NCBI GenBank assembly: GCA_951406725.2 | Contig: OX597824.1 | Location: forward strand, 3,968,001-4,032,000 | Direction: 5' to 3' | DNA from: Octopus vulgaris | Taxonomy: Eukaryota | Length of the DNA: 64,000 bases | Part shown: positions 27,501-40,497 of the stretch, piece by piece | Layout: each line of letters opens with the position of its first letter | How positions within the stretch are numbered: position 1 is the first letter of the stretch | Position numbers and translations under genes: made by a program | Notes under the pieces: model-generated | Seen by the model: only the letters and a program-made list of their open reading frames with translations | Told to the model about the DNA's origin: nothing | Database searches by the model: none

Positions 27501-28520
27501 AAATTGAATGGAATTTGCTGAAAAAGGAACGGTCACTAATGTTAAAATGGATTTGAAAGCAAACTCACCTTGTAAAAAGTTCTTCACATTCATATTTCAG
27601 TTGGTGTTATCAGACAAACGCTGTCTCAGGAAGATCTCTTTGTCCATCAGCTTTGATGCTCAGACAAATTCAGTCCCTGGGAATAATGTTCTAGGAAGCT
27701 GTGGCTCCAGTTTGATCTTGATGCAAATGAAATGAGGAACTTCTACAAAATGGATTTACATGTCAAGCAAATGGTGATACAGATGTGACTCCTGATAACG
27801 AAGTGGGTTTATTAGCTGATGGAGATCAAATAAACATGACACAATCTCTCTATATATAAAGCTGAAGTTGTCTGTGTATGGTAGGTTTGGTAGCCTTCAA
27901 CTAACACTTATCTCCTCCGAGACCCTGCGGTGCAAGTTGACCAAAATTGAGAGTATGATAGAAGACGGCTTGCTCTTCCTTCCGTAGAAGAAAAGATTCA
28001 AATTGAACCATGTTAACACCAAAAATTATTTACATCAAATTGGTGCTTTTTCTTCTATGAAAATCCCTACTTTTTAGGATTTTTTGACTGCTGTGTCGCC
28101 ATTTTTCGGTGTATTTCAACCAGAAAAATGTTCACTTAAAGAGAATAACAAGCTACATAAGGCACAATTTTTACTTTTCAAGAATTTCAATTCTAAAGGG
28201 TCGAAACAAACCCGAGCAACGCCGGGCGATACTGCTAGTTATTGATAAAGGACAAAATACTGAATCAGAGCCTTGAGCTTTGAATGAGGTTCCAAAACCT
28301 GTTACTGCAAATAACAGTTTGATAACAGATACATGAACCAATTCACTTCTAAGAGATGTGATATCATTGTTATGCAATATTCTTGCATGATTTCTACATC
28401 CTTGCCAGTAGATGGTGCTGTTTATGATGACTGCTGTTTCAACAACATATTTTGGCTAATAAAGCATCTGAGAAAGAAAGGTTTGCATGTGACTACAAAA
28501 GTGTTTGGGTAAACATTTAG
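24585..28520 (+). mobile_element. Ancient, probably full-length Ty3/gypsy LTR retrotransposon
   Basis: RNase H peptide ITDVGEKAISGILLQDVHPVIYLSRALTPVETRYSNMQMEALTIV (26617-26814). Diverged direct repeats starting TGT at 24585 and 28357, TGGC PBS-like at 24758, and purines before 28357. Confidence 0.65.
27845..28238 (+). mobile_element. Non-autonomous Helitron
   Basis: A|TC 5' end, 3' hairpin CCCGAGC-aac-GCCGGG (28211-28226), CTAG|T 3' end. Second copy at 47279-47702. Confidence 0.85.
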
Positions 28521-29698
28521 TGTAAAGTTGAAGGTTTTTGTTGTCTAGAAAGAGGTACCAGTAAAAGAATGGTAAGAATGATTTTCTTTATATGAAGATT
28601 ATTGAATAAAAAAAAAAAAGAAAGATCAACTGTTTGCAGTGGACCAGAGAGAAGTAGAGTAACGCATTGACATTGAGTGTGACTGATGTTAAAGGAATCT
28701 CTAATAGAATCAGAGAGGAATAATGGAGTGAGTGTGCAAGCTGACTGGCCTTTCTGGCTGAATTCTTGACAAACCAAAAAAAGTGTGAAATCCAGACTTT
28801 TATAAATGCAAAAGTTCTCAAAAAGAAAAGAAAAAAAGGAAAGCAAAACAGAAAAAGAAAAGAAAGAAAGGAATGTCCAAATGGTAGCCATTCTCATTGG
28901 TTGAAAAATGATGGCCTCAATTATATTTCCCAGCAGGATTCTTTGATTGGTGGAAACTTCTCTGCTTGTGATTGGTGACAATAAAAATGTGTTGTATGAG
29001 CCAATTTTAGGAAATTTCTCTTTGATTGTTCTGTGCAAGACTTGCTGACAGCATGACAGTCAGCGATTGGTAATAATTGTTGTCAACACTCCTCTTCAGC
29101 ATTATCATCGATGATCAAAGACATTTAAAGCAATCAAATGGCAATCTGTCTCTTCTGCACTCTGTATGACAGGACAAATTCGGTTTCTGTTCTGTAAAAT
29201 AAAACAAATCATTCAATGTCTTTCGAAAGAAAAGAACAGAAGAGGAACCGACTCAGAATTTGGAGACCAGATTCAGTTTCTGCATCTTACGTACGCTTTT
29301 GCCAAAATATATACCAGTAAAAGACACACACACATGTGCTCTGTATTGTTCTGCAGCAACGGTGTACTTTGGGGTTAATGCAGTTTAGGGGTTTAAAATG
29401 AAAGTAAATTGTTTGGAATTGACAACAGTGTCTATTTATAATTTCAGAAGGAGAATACATGAAGAACTGGTGAAATCTTTGAATTTCATTAACAGAACTC
29501 TCTCATTATGTTGCATCAACAGGCCCCCTTGTGTATAGTACTTTCTTGGGATATTTTAAGGGCTTCAGAAACAGTAGCTGAGAAATAGCCATTCCAACAT
29601 ACCATGTCCAGCAAAAACCACCAGTGATAAGGAAATAGTCATTTGCATGTCGATGCATGATAGCCACTGCACTTACATGTGAGCAATGTTATAATCCT

Positions 29699-29869
29699 GC
29701 GGCTGTGTGGTAACTAGCTTGCTTACTAACCACATGGTCCCAGGTTCAGTCCTACATCTTGGCAGCTTGGGCAAGTGTCTTCTACTATAGCCTTGGGCCG
29801 ACCAAAGCCTTGTGAGTGGATTTGGTAGATGGAAACTGAAAGAAGCCCATCATATATATACATATATAT

Positions 29870-29910
<41 letters not shown>

Positions 29911-30122
29911 TGTTTGTGTGTGTGTGTGTTTGTCCCCCCAACATCACTTGACAACCGATGCTGGTGTGTTGCCGTCCCTGAAACTTAGCAGTTCAGCAAA
30001 AGAGACCAATAGAATAAGTACTAGGCTAACAAAAAATAAGTCCTGGGGTCGATTTGTTCGACTAAAGGCGTTGCTCCAGCATGGCCACAGTCAAATGACT
30101 GAAACAAATAAAAGAATAAAAG
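29699..30122 (+). mobile_element. SINE family A (full length)
   Basis: Complete head, (TA)(TG) tract and tail. Confidence 0.9.
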
Positions 30123-30487
30123 ACTATTACTGAGCTGAATAGAAAAGAACTAATGGGATGTGGTGGCATTGCTCCTGTCAATGTTCTTTAAATTGGTTAT
30201 GTTTACATAGATTTGTTCATCTTAAATTATCAGATTTCACTTTTGTGACTTCCAGTCAATTTAGGTCCATATTCTTCAACCTCTGACCTTCTTGATAACC
30301 CAACTTTCAGAACCATCAGCTGCAATTTGCTTATTTGGTCCAGGCCAGCAGTTTTCTCTTTTTGTTTTTGGTTAAAAAGAAAAAGAAACAACCCACCCCA
30401 CCACCACCACCTAATTTCTGTCTTGTGCCTGTGTAAGGAACATCAATTGACTAATTATAATTACTAATTATTAATTAACTATTATTA

Positions 30488-30725
30488 GGGTGGTGAGCTG
30501 GTAGGATCATTTGCATTCTGGACGAAATGCTCTGTGGCATTTTCATCCATCTTTATATTTTTGAGTTCAAATCTCACCAAGATCAACTTTGCTTTTTATC
30601 CTTTCAGGGCCGATAAAATAAACACCAGTTAAGTACAGGAATTGAAAAAATAAGTACCAGTTAAATATTGGGGGTGCTAGAATTGATATAATCAAAATTT
30701 TAGGCCCTCTGCCTATAGTAAAAAG
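30488..30725 (+). mobile_element. SINE family C, diverged
   Basis: GGTGGTGAGCTGG..GAGTTCAAATC..GATAAAATAAACACCAG. Confidence 0.6.
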
Positions 30726-31425
30726 GTTTGTTTAATTATTATCAATCACAAAGAAACAGACTTTGTCCGATCTGGGATTCTGTTGTCTTGCAATTTGACA
30801 GGATTGGATAATTTATTCTAAAATAAAAGAAATTATTTTTTTCCCTCAGAGCTAGAAGTAAAATAAGAAATATTCTAATTTGATCTTATGTTGCTTCCTC
30901 ATCCAACAAAATTAAATAACTATTTCTTCTAAAGTAAGAGAAATAATTCACTTCTCATGATGGATCCGTATTTTATACAAGAGTAACAGATGCCAATTTA
31001 TTCAATTGCTTTCACCAGCCAAAGAAGGTAAGTCAAGGTTAAATCTCTCAGCAAAGCACTGGATAGATCTCAGCAGGGAGATCTTTCGTATTATGGCCGT
31101 AAACTCAACGGAAAATACAATCAGAAACCAGAACAGAATAAAATAACATGAACCGTTATTACATTTTCTAAACACAAATGTTGCAGATATGCATATTTAA
31201 CGATGTTAGGTAACTTCTCTGACTCTCAAAAGTAATTGAATAATTTGTCATGTTACATCATTTTCTCTGATTTAACCTCTGGCCCTGAGAAAAACAATGG
31301 AATAATTTTCCTTATTTTAAAATAAATTGTTATTTAACCTTGTTGGACAGTAAGATATCATGAGGCCAGTTCAGGGTGGAAAAAAATTCATTCTATCTCA
31401 TTGTGGTTGAGAGTTAAACGACAAA

Positions 31426-31479
<54 letters not shown>

Positions 31480-31799
31480 GTTCTTTTTTCAAAGGAAAAT
31501 AAATTTTAGAATATCACCATCTTGTGCTAAACAAGTGAATTACCAAATTAGGATCGAACCTAATTCACATCTATGACTGTTATATGTAAACTCATTCTCA
31601 TTTCTCTCCTTGTGAGGCATTTGAACATATCTGGGGTCAATTCGTCCAGCTTAAACTTCTAGTTTTCCCTTTTTATTCTATGAGCATATGTGATGTAGTC
31701 CGCATCTCTGTTTTTCTCTATGTCCAGAAAACTTCCGATGTGTGTTGAACCATGAACTTATTTTCAGTGAAAATTTTACACAATATATTTATTGTGTCA

Positions 31800-32005
31800 T
31801 GGAAGGTGTTTATAAGCCATTTAAGAAACACACAAAACCAGTTTGATTCACTTCAACATTTAAATTTAATTTGCCAAAATATTTTCAGCGCTTTGAGACC
31901 GCAACCTGTTCACTGACAAAATTCCGTGCTGCAAATTAAATTTAAATGTTGAAGTGAATCTAACAGTTTTTGTGTGTTTCTTAAATGGCTTATAAACACC
32001 TTCCA
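31800..32005. repeat. Inverted repeat, 75-bp arms, 56-nt spacer containing a hammerhead-like motif
   Basis: 31800-31874 is the near-perfect reverse complement of 31931-32005. Confidence 0.9.
31870..31920 (-). ncRNA. Hammerhead-like motif with G3-C8 swapped core
   Basis: Minus strand: TTTGTCA GTGAACA G GTTGC ggtctcaaa GCGCT GAA AATATT T TGGCAAA. Confidence 0.55.
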
Positions 32006-32074
32006 CGCTGCAATTGTTTTCGTTCCAGCACACGATCTCAGATCAGGTCACTTGCTATGCAAGTACATCTCTGT

Positions 32075-32420
32075 AATTTATTGTGTCAATAAAGTTTATG
32101 TCCAAAGCTCTTCTTGGCAGCACATAATTACCATATTGTTTATGTTCTGTTGCTGCCAATCTTTTCAAGATTAAGCGCGTTTTCATTTCGTTGTTCCAAT
32201 CTTTACAGTCTTTCTCAAAGATTTTCTCGTATTTTCTGTAGTATGCTTTGAAGGTAATTTCTTCATCAGGTTCATATTTGAACTCTGTTATGGAGTTTGC
32301 GACGTAATCTGTCGAGAACACTTTTTCTCACTTTGCTGATGATTTCAGTAATTACAGCATCTGTTGCTACAATACCATTTGTTGTTCTTGCAGTTGAAGC
32401 TGCTGCTGTTGTTGAATGAA
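32075..32420 (-). mobile_element. Ty3/gypsy gag N-terminal fragment (K02A2.6-like)
   Basis: ITEFKYEPDEEITFKAYYRKYEKIFEKDCKDWNNEMKTRLILKRLAATEHKQYGNYVLP resembles gag of invertebrate gypsy elements. Truncated. Confidence 0.65.
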
Positions 32421-33008
32421 AGTAGCAGACAAAGTGCAATATGGCCAAATGGAGGATTTGAAAGGATTTACGTTGGACAACAGAAATTCCTTTCAGAGAG
32501 AAATCTGAGTTTCTAAAAAAAGACATAAAACGGAAGCAAATAACAATGCAGAAATTACGGATGGGAACAGTCATGGGTGGGCGGCGAATAACTGGCATGG
32601 AGTAATTTGAACGTGGATGGTTTAAAGCTCCTTCTTACAAATTATTATATGACTTTTAGAAAAAAGAGAAAAGAGTAAAAATAAGTCTTTGTATTTTTAA
32701 AGGTTTGGACATCAGAGAATCAGTGTTTGCAGAAAAAAAAACCCAAAAATATTTTTTAATTAATATTTTGCTTTTAATGTCAGAAACTGATTAAAGTGAG
32801 AGTAGGGGGAGGGGGGTCGTCTACTGATGCGTTTTTTTTTTTTGGATGTAAATATATTTCATTTGCATTTGAATTGAATAAATAGATTTTGTTTGCAGTT
32901 TTAATTACATTTTCATCCTTAATAAATTGAAATTAGAACAACAGCATTTAAAATTTTCTGAAATTAAAACAACTAATACTCGCAAATACTAACAATATAT
33001 ATGTGTGT

Positions 33009-33287
33009 CATCATCATCATCATCATCATTTAACGTCCGCTTTCCAGGCTAGCATGGGTTGGACGGTTCGACCGGGGTCTGGAAAACCATGAAGGCTGCA
33101 CCAGGCTCCAGTCTGATCTGGCAAAGTTTCTGCAGCTGGATGCCCTTCCTAATGCCAACCACTCTGAGAGTAAAGTGGGTGCTTTTACATGCCACTGGCA
33201 CGAGGGCCAGTCAGGCAGTTCTGGCAATGACCATGCTCAAAAGGTGTTTTTTATGCACCACCAGCATGGGAGCCAGTCAGGAGGCAT
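33009..33287 (-). mobile_element. RTE 3'UTR-derived repeat
   Basis: Reverse complement of the RTE tail, with (CAT)n. Confidence 0.8.
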
Positions 33288-33635
33288 TGGTTCAGTCCCA
33301 CTGCATGGCACCTTAGGTAAGTGTCTTCTGCTATAGCCTCAGGCCAACCAAAGCGTTGTGAGTGGATTTGGTAGACAGAAACTGAAAGAAGTCTGTTGTA
33401 TATGTGTGCGTGTATGTGTATGTTGTGTGTCTGTGTTTGTCCCCACCATCATCGCTTGAGAACTGATGTTGATGTATTTAGGTCCTTGTAACTTAGCGGT
33501 TCGGCAAAAGAGACCAATAGAATGAGTACCAGGCTTGCAAAGAATAAGTCCTGGGGGCGATTTGTTCCACTAAAAAGATGGTGTTCCAGCATGGCCACAG
33601 TCAAATGACTGAAACAAATAATAGAATAAAAGAAA
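33288..33635 (+). mobile_element. SINE family A, 5'-truncated
   Basis: Starts at the GGTTCAGTCCC B-box and has a full tail. Confidence 0.8.
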
Positions 33636-34374
33636 AAAACATATAAATGCAAACAGCAATCATCATCATCATCATCATCATCATTGTTTAACATCCGGGC
33701 CCTAATTCTTCATCAGTTATTGATATGATATGCTTGAGACGACCTGTTGAGTCAAGTAAAATCAAAAGCTTAGCTGTGGCCATTGCTACCTGACCATATG
33801 AACATGGTCAATGCCAGTGGCCCCTGACTGGCTCCCATGCTTCCCTGTATTTACTGAAGAAATGAAATGACATTCATTCAGTAGACAGATAATATGGTCT
33901 GGAAGGAGGCTGAGATTTGGAGCCAATGAGGAAGCATCTACATGGGGAATGATCTGCTAGAAATAGAAGCCAATTTACCATTTTGGAAAAAAGCAAGAAT
34001 ATCTTAGATAATGTTGTTCTCAATATACCATTCCTGATACAAAAGAGAATAAAAGAATAAAAAGGACAGGATTGTTATAGGAAAAATTAGAAATGGTCGA
34101 AGGTTAAACAGTAACCATAACAGCAATAACAACAACAATCTACCTTCAAGCTGACATATTTGGAGATGTTGACAACGTTAACCTTGGAAGATAATAGCTT
34201 AGGAGCGAGAATTGATGTTAGCATTTGCTTCCTTCGTATGGGTTCTTCCTTTATGGAAATCCTTGTAAATCTCCAGTTCGGAAAACAACTGGAAATACAC
34301 ATGGTCGAAGAAGCAACCCAATCTGGAATAACCATTATTAAGAAGCATTTCTTTAGAATGTTTGCCTTTTATAT

Positions 34375-34773
34375 TTTATTGTTTACTTGCTTCAGATATT
34401 AGACTGTGGCCATGCTGGAGCACCACCTCGAAAGATTTTAGTCAAACAAATTCACCCAGGTACTTATTATTTTTATTATTTTTGTAAAGCAGATACTTAT
34501 TCTATCAGCCTCTTTTGCTGAACTACTAAGTTATAGGGATGTAAACACACCAACACCAATTCAAACTGTAGTGGGGTCAAACACACACACACACACACAC
34601 ACACATGTATCTATATACAATAGGCTTCTTTTAGTTTCCGTCTACCAAATCCACTCACAAGGCTTTGGTTGGCTTGCGGCTTTAGTAGAAGACACTTGCT
34701 CAAGGTACCCTGCAGTGGGACCGAACCCAGAACCTTGTGGTTGGAAAACAACCATCTTGCCACATCGCCACAC
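34375..34773 (-). mobile_element. SINE family A
   Basis: Homologous to the other copies. Confidence 0.8.
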
Positions 34774-35332
34774 CTGATGTTAACCATGATTTTTTTCCTC
34801 AACGACTTAATCCCATGTGTCCTTCTTGCAAAAATTTTTATTTGAGAGAAATTTAGCTGATATTTCTAGCAAATCAATATCTTAAGATTTTTGTTGCGTC
34901 TTGCAACCTTTTCAGTAGTCTTGACTCTCTCCAGACACAACAGAATATGCTTCAACACATGAACTTATATAAAGATTCTTGCAAACCAAATCCAAAAACG
35001 AAATATGTTAAGGTTCCCTTATATCAAGAAGGTGTGGGATTTCATGTTTGGTAACTAAAGAGAGACAATTCTTCCATCAATTTCGATAGATTGTATTCTT
35101 TTGTTTGTTTTGTATTTACTAAACTTAAGCCAAATAACACAATTCATTGTCGAAGAATACCTGGGGGTCAGTGAATTTGACTTTTTGCTGTGCAACAATG
35201 ACACTCCATCCCCCACCCCACCTCCAGCTGATGATATGGAACCAAAATTTGTGTTGCTTTAAGGAAAATTCATTTAAAGAAAAATGATTGACACCAGCTG
35301 CCAGTTTTGATGGCAAAAATACATTAATAACC

Positions 35333-35471
35333 AGCAGCAGCAGCAGCAGCAGCAACCACAGTAACAACAACAACAGCAGCAGCAGCAGTGGTAGCAGCAG
35401 TAGTGTTAGTTGTTGTTGTGGTAGTTTTGTGGTAGTGGTAGTAGTAGCAACAGCAATAACAATAATGACCG

Positions 35472-35534
<63 letters not shown>

Positions 35535-35799
35535 CGACGACGACGACAGTGATGATGATGATGATGATGATGATGTTCGTGATGATGACGACAACAATGA
35601 TGACGACGACGACGACGATGATGATGAAGATGATAATGATGATGACGATGCTGCTGCTGCTGCTGATGTTGATGATGTTGATGAGGATGAAGACGACGAT
35701 GACGATGACGATGATGATGATGATGATGACGACGACGACGATGATGATGATGATGATGATGATGACGATGATGATGACGATGATGATGATGATGATGAC

Positions 35800-35843
<44 letters not shown>

Positions 35844-36216
35844 CGACGACGACGATGATGATGACGATGATGATGATGAAGATGATGTTGATGATGACGA
35901 CGATGATGATGATGACGATGATGATGATGATGATGACGATGATGATGATGATGACGACGACGACGATGATGATGATGATGATGAAGATGATGATGATGTT
36001 GATGATGACGACGATGATGATGATGATGATGATGATGATGAAGATGATAATGATGATGACGATGCTGCTGCTGCTGCTGATGTTGATGATGTTGATGAGG
36101 ATGAAGACGACGATGACGATGACGATGATGATGATGATGATGACGACGACGACGATGATGATGATGATGATGATGATGACGATGATGTTGATGATGACGA
36201 CGATGATGATGATGAC

Positions 36217-36272
<56 letters not shown>

Positions 36273-36452
36273 CGACGACGACGATGATGATGACGATGAT
36301 GATGATGAAGATGATGATGATGTTGATGATGACGTCGATGATGATGATGATGATGATGATGATGACGACGACGACGATGATGATGACGATGATGATGATG
36401 AAGATGATGATGATGTTGATGATGACGACGATGATGATGATGATGATGAAGA
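35333..36452. repeat. About 1.1-kb (GAT/GAC)n trinucleotide array
   Basis: Directly visible. It explains the poly-M/I/S ORFs. Confidence 0.95.
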
Positions 36453-36895
36453 TAATTTCATTTAATAATAGTTTATTTGAACATTGAAAAATGTAGAAAA
36501 TTAAATCCTTAACTGTCAACTGTAAAATGTTGGTTGGAGAATTTCAAAACACTGACAAACAAACAAACAAAAATTTAATAGAAAAACAAAAATAATTAAA
36601 TAAGAAATTCAATAAAAAAAGGCAACAGCCACATTGACTCTAATACAAAAAGAAAAACAAAAATCAGAGAAATTGCCTTCAGTAATAACAACTACAATAA
36701 CAAAAAGTAGGATAAGGAATATTAGAAATTTTATTAACATCAATGACACCACCACTACCTCCACTACCATCACAGCCACTACCACCACCACCACCACCAC
36801 CACCACCACCTCCACTACCATCACAGCCACTACCATCACAAGGTATTTTGTCTGATACTTCTATGATTCTTACAATCCACAACCTTATAACAATC

Positions 36896-37090
36896 GTGCC
36901 AGTGGCACGTAAAAAGCACCCACTTCACTCTCAGAGTGATTGGCGTTAGGAAGGGCATCCAGCTGTAGAAACTCTGCCAGATCAAGATTGGAGCCTGGTG
37001 CAGCCATCTGGTTCACCAGCCCTCAGTCAAAATCGTCCAACCCATGCTAGCATAGAAAGCGGACGTTAAACAATGATGATGATGATGATG
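36896..37090 (+). mobile_element. RTE 3'UTR-derived repeat
   Basis: Tail homology with a (GAT)n end. Confidence 0.8.
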
Positions 37091-37244
37091 TCGGAACTTT
37101 TATACAGTCATTTGATTTAAGGAGGTCCCATGCAAATTCCTTCTGGAATATGCTGCACTACTTTGCAAAAACATGTTGCACAATGTAGTCCTAGATATAC
37201 TTATACTGGCTTACATGCTTACTAGTTGTAGGTCTTGTGAACAG

Positions 37245-37590
37245 TTATGCTACATGGTAGTGAAACATAGGCCATGATTGCTGAGGACGTGAGTAGGCAT
37301 GAAAGAAATGAAGCCAATATGCTTGGCTGGATGTGCAATGTCAGTGTGCATACATGACAGAGTGTAAGTATCTTGAGAGAAAACCTGGGCATAAGAGGCA
37401 TGAGATGTGGTGTGCAAGAGAGACGACTGCATTGGTATGGTCATGTGAGGCATATGGACGAGGACGGTTAAGTAAAGAAGTGCTAAACTCTAACAGTGGA
37501 GGGAATCTGTGGCAGAGGTAGAACCAGGAAGACATGGGACAAAGTGGTGAGGCATGACCTTTGAACTTTGAGCCTCACAGAGGCCCTATG
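37245..37590 (+). mobile_element. RTE ORF C-terminal fragment
   Basis: Homologous to 59740-60090 (WMCNVSVH..LRE..RCGVQERRLHWYGHV..RGRPRKTW). Confidence 0.75.
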
Positions 37591-38801
37591 GTTGAAAAGC
37601 ATTTAAGCTGTGACCATTTTGCCAATTTTTCAGGTTGTAGTGTATCTAGGATCACTTATCCCAAATATTCTTTCAATTTTGAAGCATGTGGAAAGTAGCG
37701 TAAGGTAAATTTGACTGCTATTTCTACCAATCTAAAGATCCATATAGCTACTCCCTTATTGCTTTGACAATATTTAGCTGTTGTTTGGCTTTAGGTCAGC
37801 TTTGATTAAGCAGATCTCTGATCAAAAGTCTTCCAACCATATTTTTAAGGATTATCCTGCATCCTTCTTTGTTTACAATTCTGCAGGGCTTGGTTTGAAA
37901 GAGATTTGGTTACTATTTCTAGCAAATCAAGCAGCCATGTAGAAACTCACTCATTAGGTTGTAAATCCTGCTTTTATTATTAATTCCTCTGAAAGATTAT
38001 TCGGTCTTGCTACTATGACTCACCAAAAGATTCTCACTTTTTTTCCCCTCTCTCTTTACCAATTCTGTTGCCTTGTTAAGTATGGTTGAAAGAATTTAGT
38101 GTTTTTCTCTCGAGGCAGAGTATCAGAGAATCCTTGGAATAATGAACGGCGGTACCGCAGCTGTGTCTGGTTGTTTGTGTTTGAACATATTGGACATAGA
38201 ACACACACACACACACACACCGTTCTACACAACCTCACACCATTCCACACGATGCGATGGTTTGCATCGGAATTGCTTTGATTAACTTTATGTACCTACA
38301 GACCATCCACCTCATAAGCTTTCGGTTACATAAGTATTGATCGTATTAAACGTTCATATATTCACAGGTTAACATCAATGAATGCCATGTCTGTTGGAAT
38401 TTAAAACAACCCGGAATATACAACAACAACAACAACGAGTTTCTAAATAAAAACCAAAGAATTCTTAATTAAAATAAGTTTCTAAATTTAATGTCAGTCT
38501 GTTATTCTTTGCTGGAATGAATTGCTGCTTAACATTGCACCACTCATCGCAGTCATTTTGCCATGTGATGCATGCAACTAGAAACGGTCACCCTCTCTGT
38601 AGTTGTGTGTATTATGTGGTTATATGTTTGGGCTTTGGTTTGGCTTCTTTTTACTGAGGTATACTCTTCCTATCGCCATGCGAATGTATTGCATTAAAAA
38701 TTTAGCTCCATATATAAATATATATACATTCATATGTTATCCGTATGAAGTATGATTTTATGGGACTTGAAAATATTCAACAACAGCCATTAAACTTGAA
38801 T

Positions 38802-38842
<41 letters not shown>

Positions 38843-38929
38843 TTTTATGGTGTCTTCCATGCTTGCCTGAATCCGACACGTTATCACAATCTGAATCATT
38901 TCTTATTGGGAACAGCTGTTCTCATATAC

Positions 38930-39480
38930 TATGTGTGTGTGTATGCATGTATGTATGTATTTATGTATGTATGTATGTATGTATGTATGTATGTATGTAT
39001 GTATGTATGTATGTGTGTAAGTATATTTGTATGCATGTATGTATATATATATATTTGTATGTATGTATGTATGTATGTATGTATGTGTGTGTACATGGAT
39101 GTATGTATGTGTGTGTGTATATGTACATATGCATGCATGTATGTATGTGTGTGTATGTGTGTGTGTATGTGTGTATGTATACATGTATGTGTGCGTGTAT
39201 GTCTGTACTATGTATGCATGTACATATGTATGTACATATGTATGCATGTGTGTACGTATGTGTGCATGTATATATGAATGTACATGTATATGGCTGTATG
39301 TATGTATGCTTTTGAAAATTGTAAAATTTAATGGCAAAACCAATAAACTGGTGCATTCAAACAGAAATTCTCTTTTGTTACCATTTTCTTTTGTGGCCAA
39401 GTTGCATGGACATTCTTTTGTTTCTCTCACTAATAGAAACGTAGTGTAACAGGGATTGAACCAGTGACAACAGGCTTTAC

Positions 39481-39516
<36 letters not shown>

Positions 39517-39810
39517 CCACCACTTTTGTCATTGTTGTTGTTGCTGTCATCAACATCATCATCAACATCATCATCATCATCATCATCAACATCATCATCA
39601 TCATCATCATCAACATCATCATCATCATTATCATCAATGTTATACTTTTCATTACTGTTGTCATAATCATCATTGTTGTTATGATTATCATCATAATCAT
39701 TGTCCTCTACATCCTCCTCCTCCACCTCCTCCTCATCATCATCATCATCGTCGTCGTCGTCATCATCATCATCATCATTCTTATCACCATTGTCATTGTC
39801 ATCATTATGA
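38930..39810. repeat. (TATG)n and (CAT)n simple-repeat blocks
   Basis: Directly visible at about 38930-39310 and 39483-39810. Confidence 0.9.
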
Positions 39811-40332
39811 TTGTCATTTTATGTCTCCTTTTTGCATGCTGGCATGTGTTGGATGGGTTGTCATGGATTTGAGTCTGTCCTTATTCAGAGCTGCTGCTTT
39901 CCTTCGATGACCCATGTCTCGCTCATGCATTCCAGTTTTGGGCACAGTTTCTCGATGTCGTTGCTTTTCGTAGCATCCACCACTTTATATCCCAAAATAT
40001 ATTATGAAATGCAAACAAACAACTATTAACAGGACAACTTGACTGAATTTTGTTATTGCTGCTGTTGTGGTTGTTGCTTGTTTTTGTGGCTCAGTCAAAA
40101 GGGGAGGGCTTGCAACCACACGCTTTTTTGCAGGGCCTTCAAAACTGCTGGAAGATCTGGAGAGAGATACCTTCCTTCATTGGTTATCTTGAAACTGAGA
40201 CCTGCTCTAAATGCTTGCAACAGAAACAATTCTGCTTAAAACACTTAAGGGCAAAGCAGAGCTGCTAAACCAGTCAATGAATGAAACCCACAACTCTACA
40301 ACAGTTAATAAAATCGCCTGGCACCTGTGTTG

Positions 40333-40497
40333 GTGGCATGTAAAAAGCACCCACTACACTCACGGAGTGGTTAGCATTAGGAAGGGCATCCAGCTGTAGA
40401 AACACTGCCAGATCAGACTGGAGCCTGGTGCAGCCTTCTGGCTTCCCAGATTCCGGTCGAACCGGAAAATGGACGTTAAACAATGATGATGATGATG
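40333..40497 (+). mobile_element. RTE 3'UTR-derived repeat
   Basis: Tail homology. Confidence 0.75.

Noticed and set aside
28549-31030. Candidate exons near AG and GTAAG sites (28549, 29448, 31027)
   Set aside because: In-frame stops or missing acceptors, with no consistent gene model.
33850-33880. CTGAAGA-AAT-GAAA hammerhead-like string (similar strings near 5450, 18044 and 32263)
   Set aside because: No stem I or II pairing, and expected by chance in AT-rich DNA.
35125-36519. 350-460 aa poly-I/M/S ORFs
   Set aside because: Frames of a (GAT)n array.
40039-40300. Possible exon after TTTTTGCAG
   Set aside because: All frames close quickly and there is no recognisable homology.
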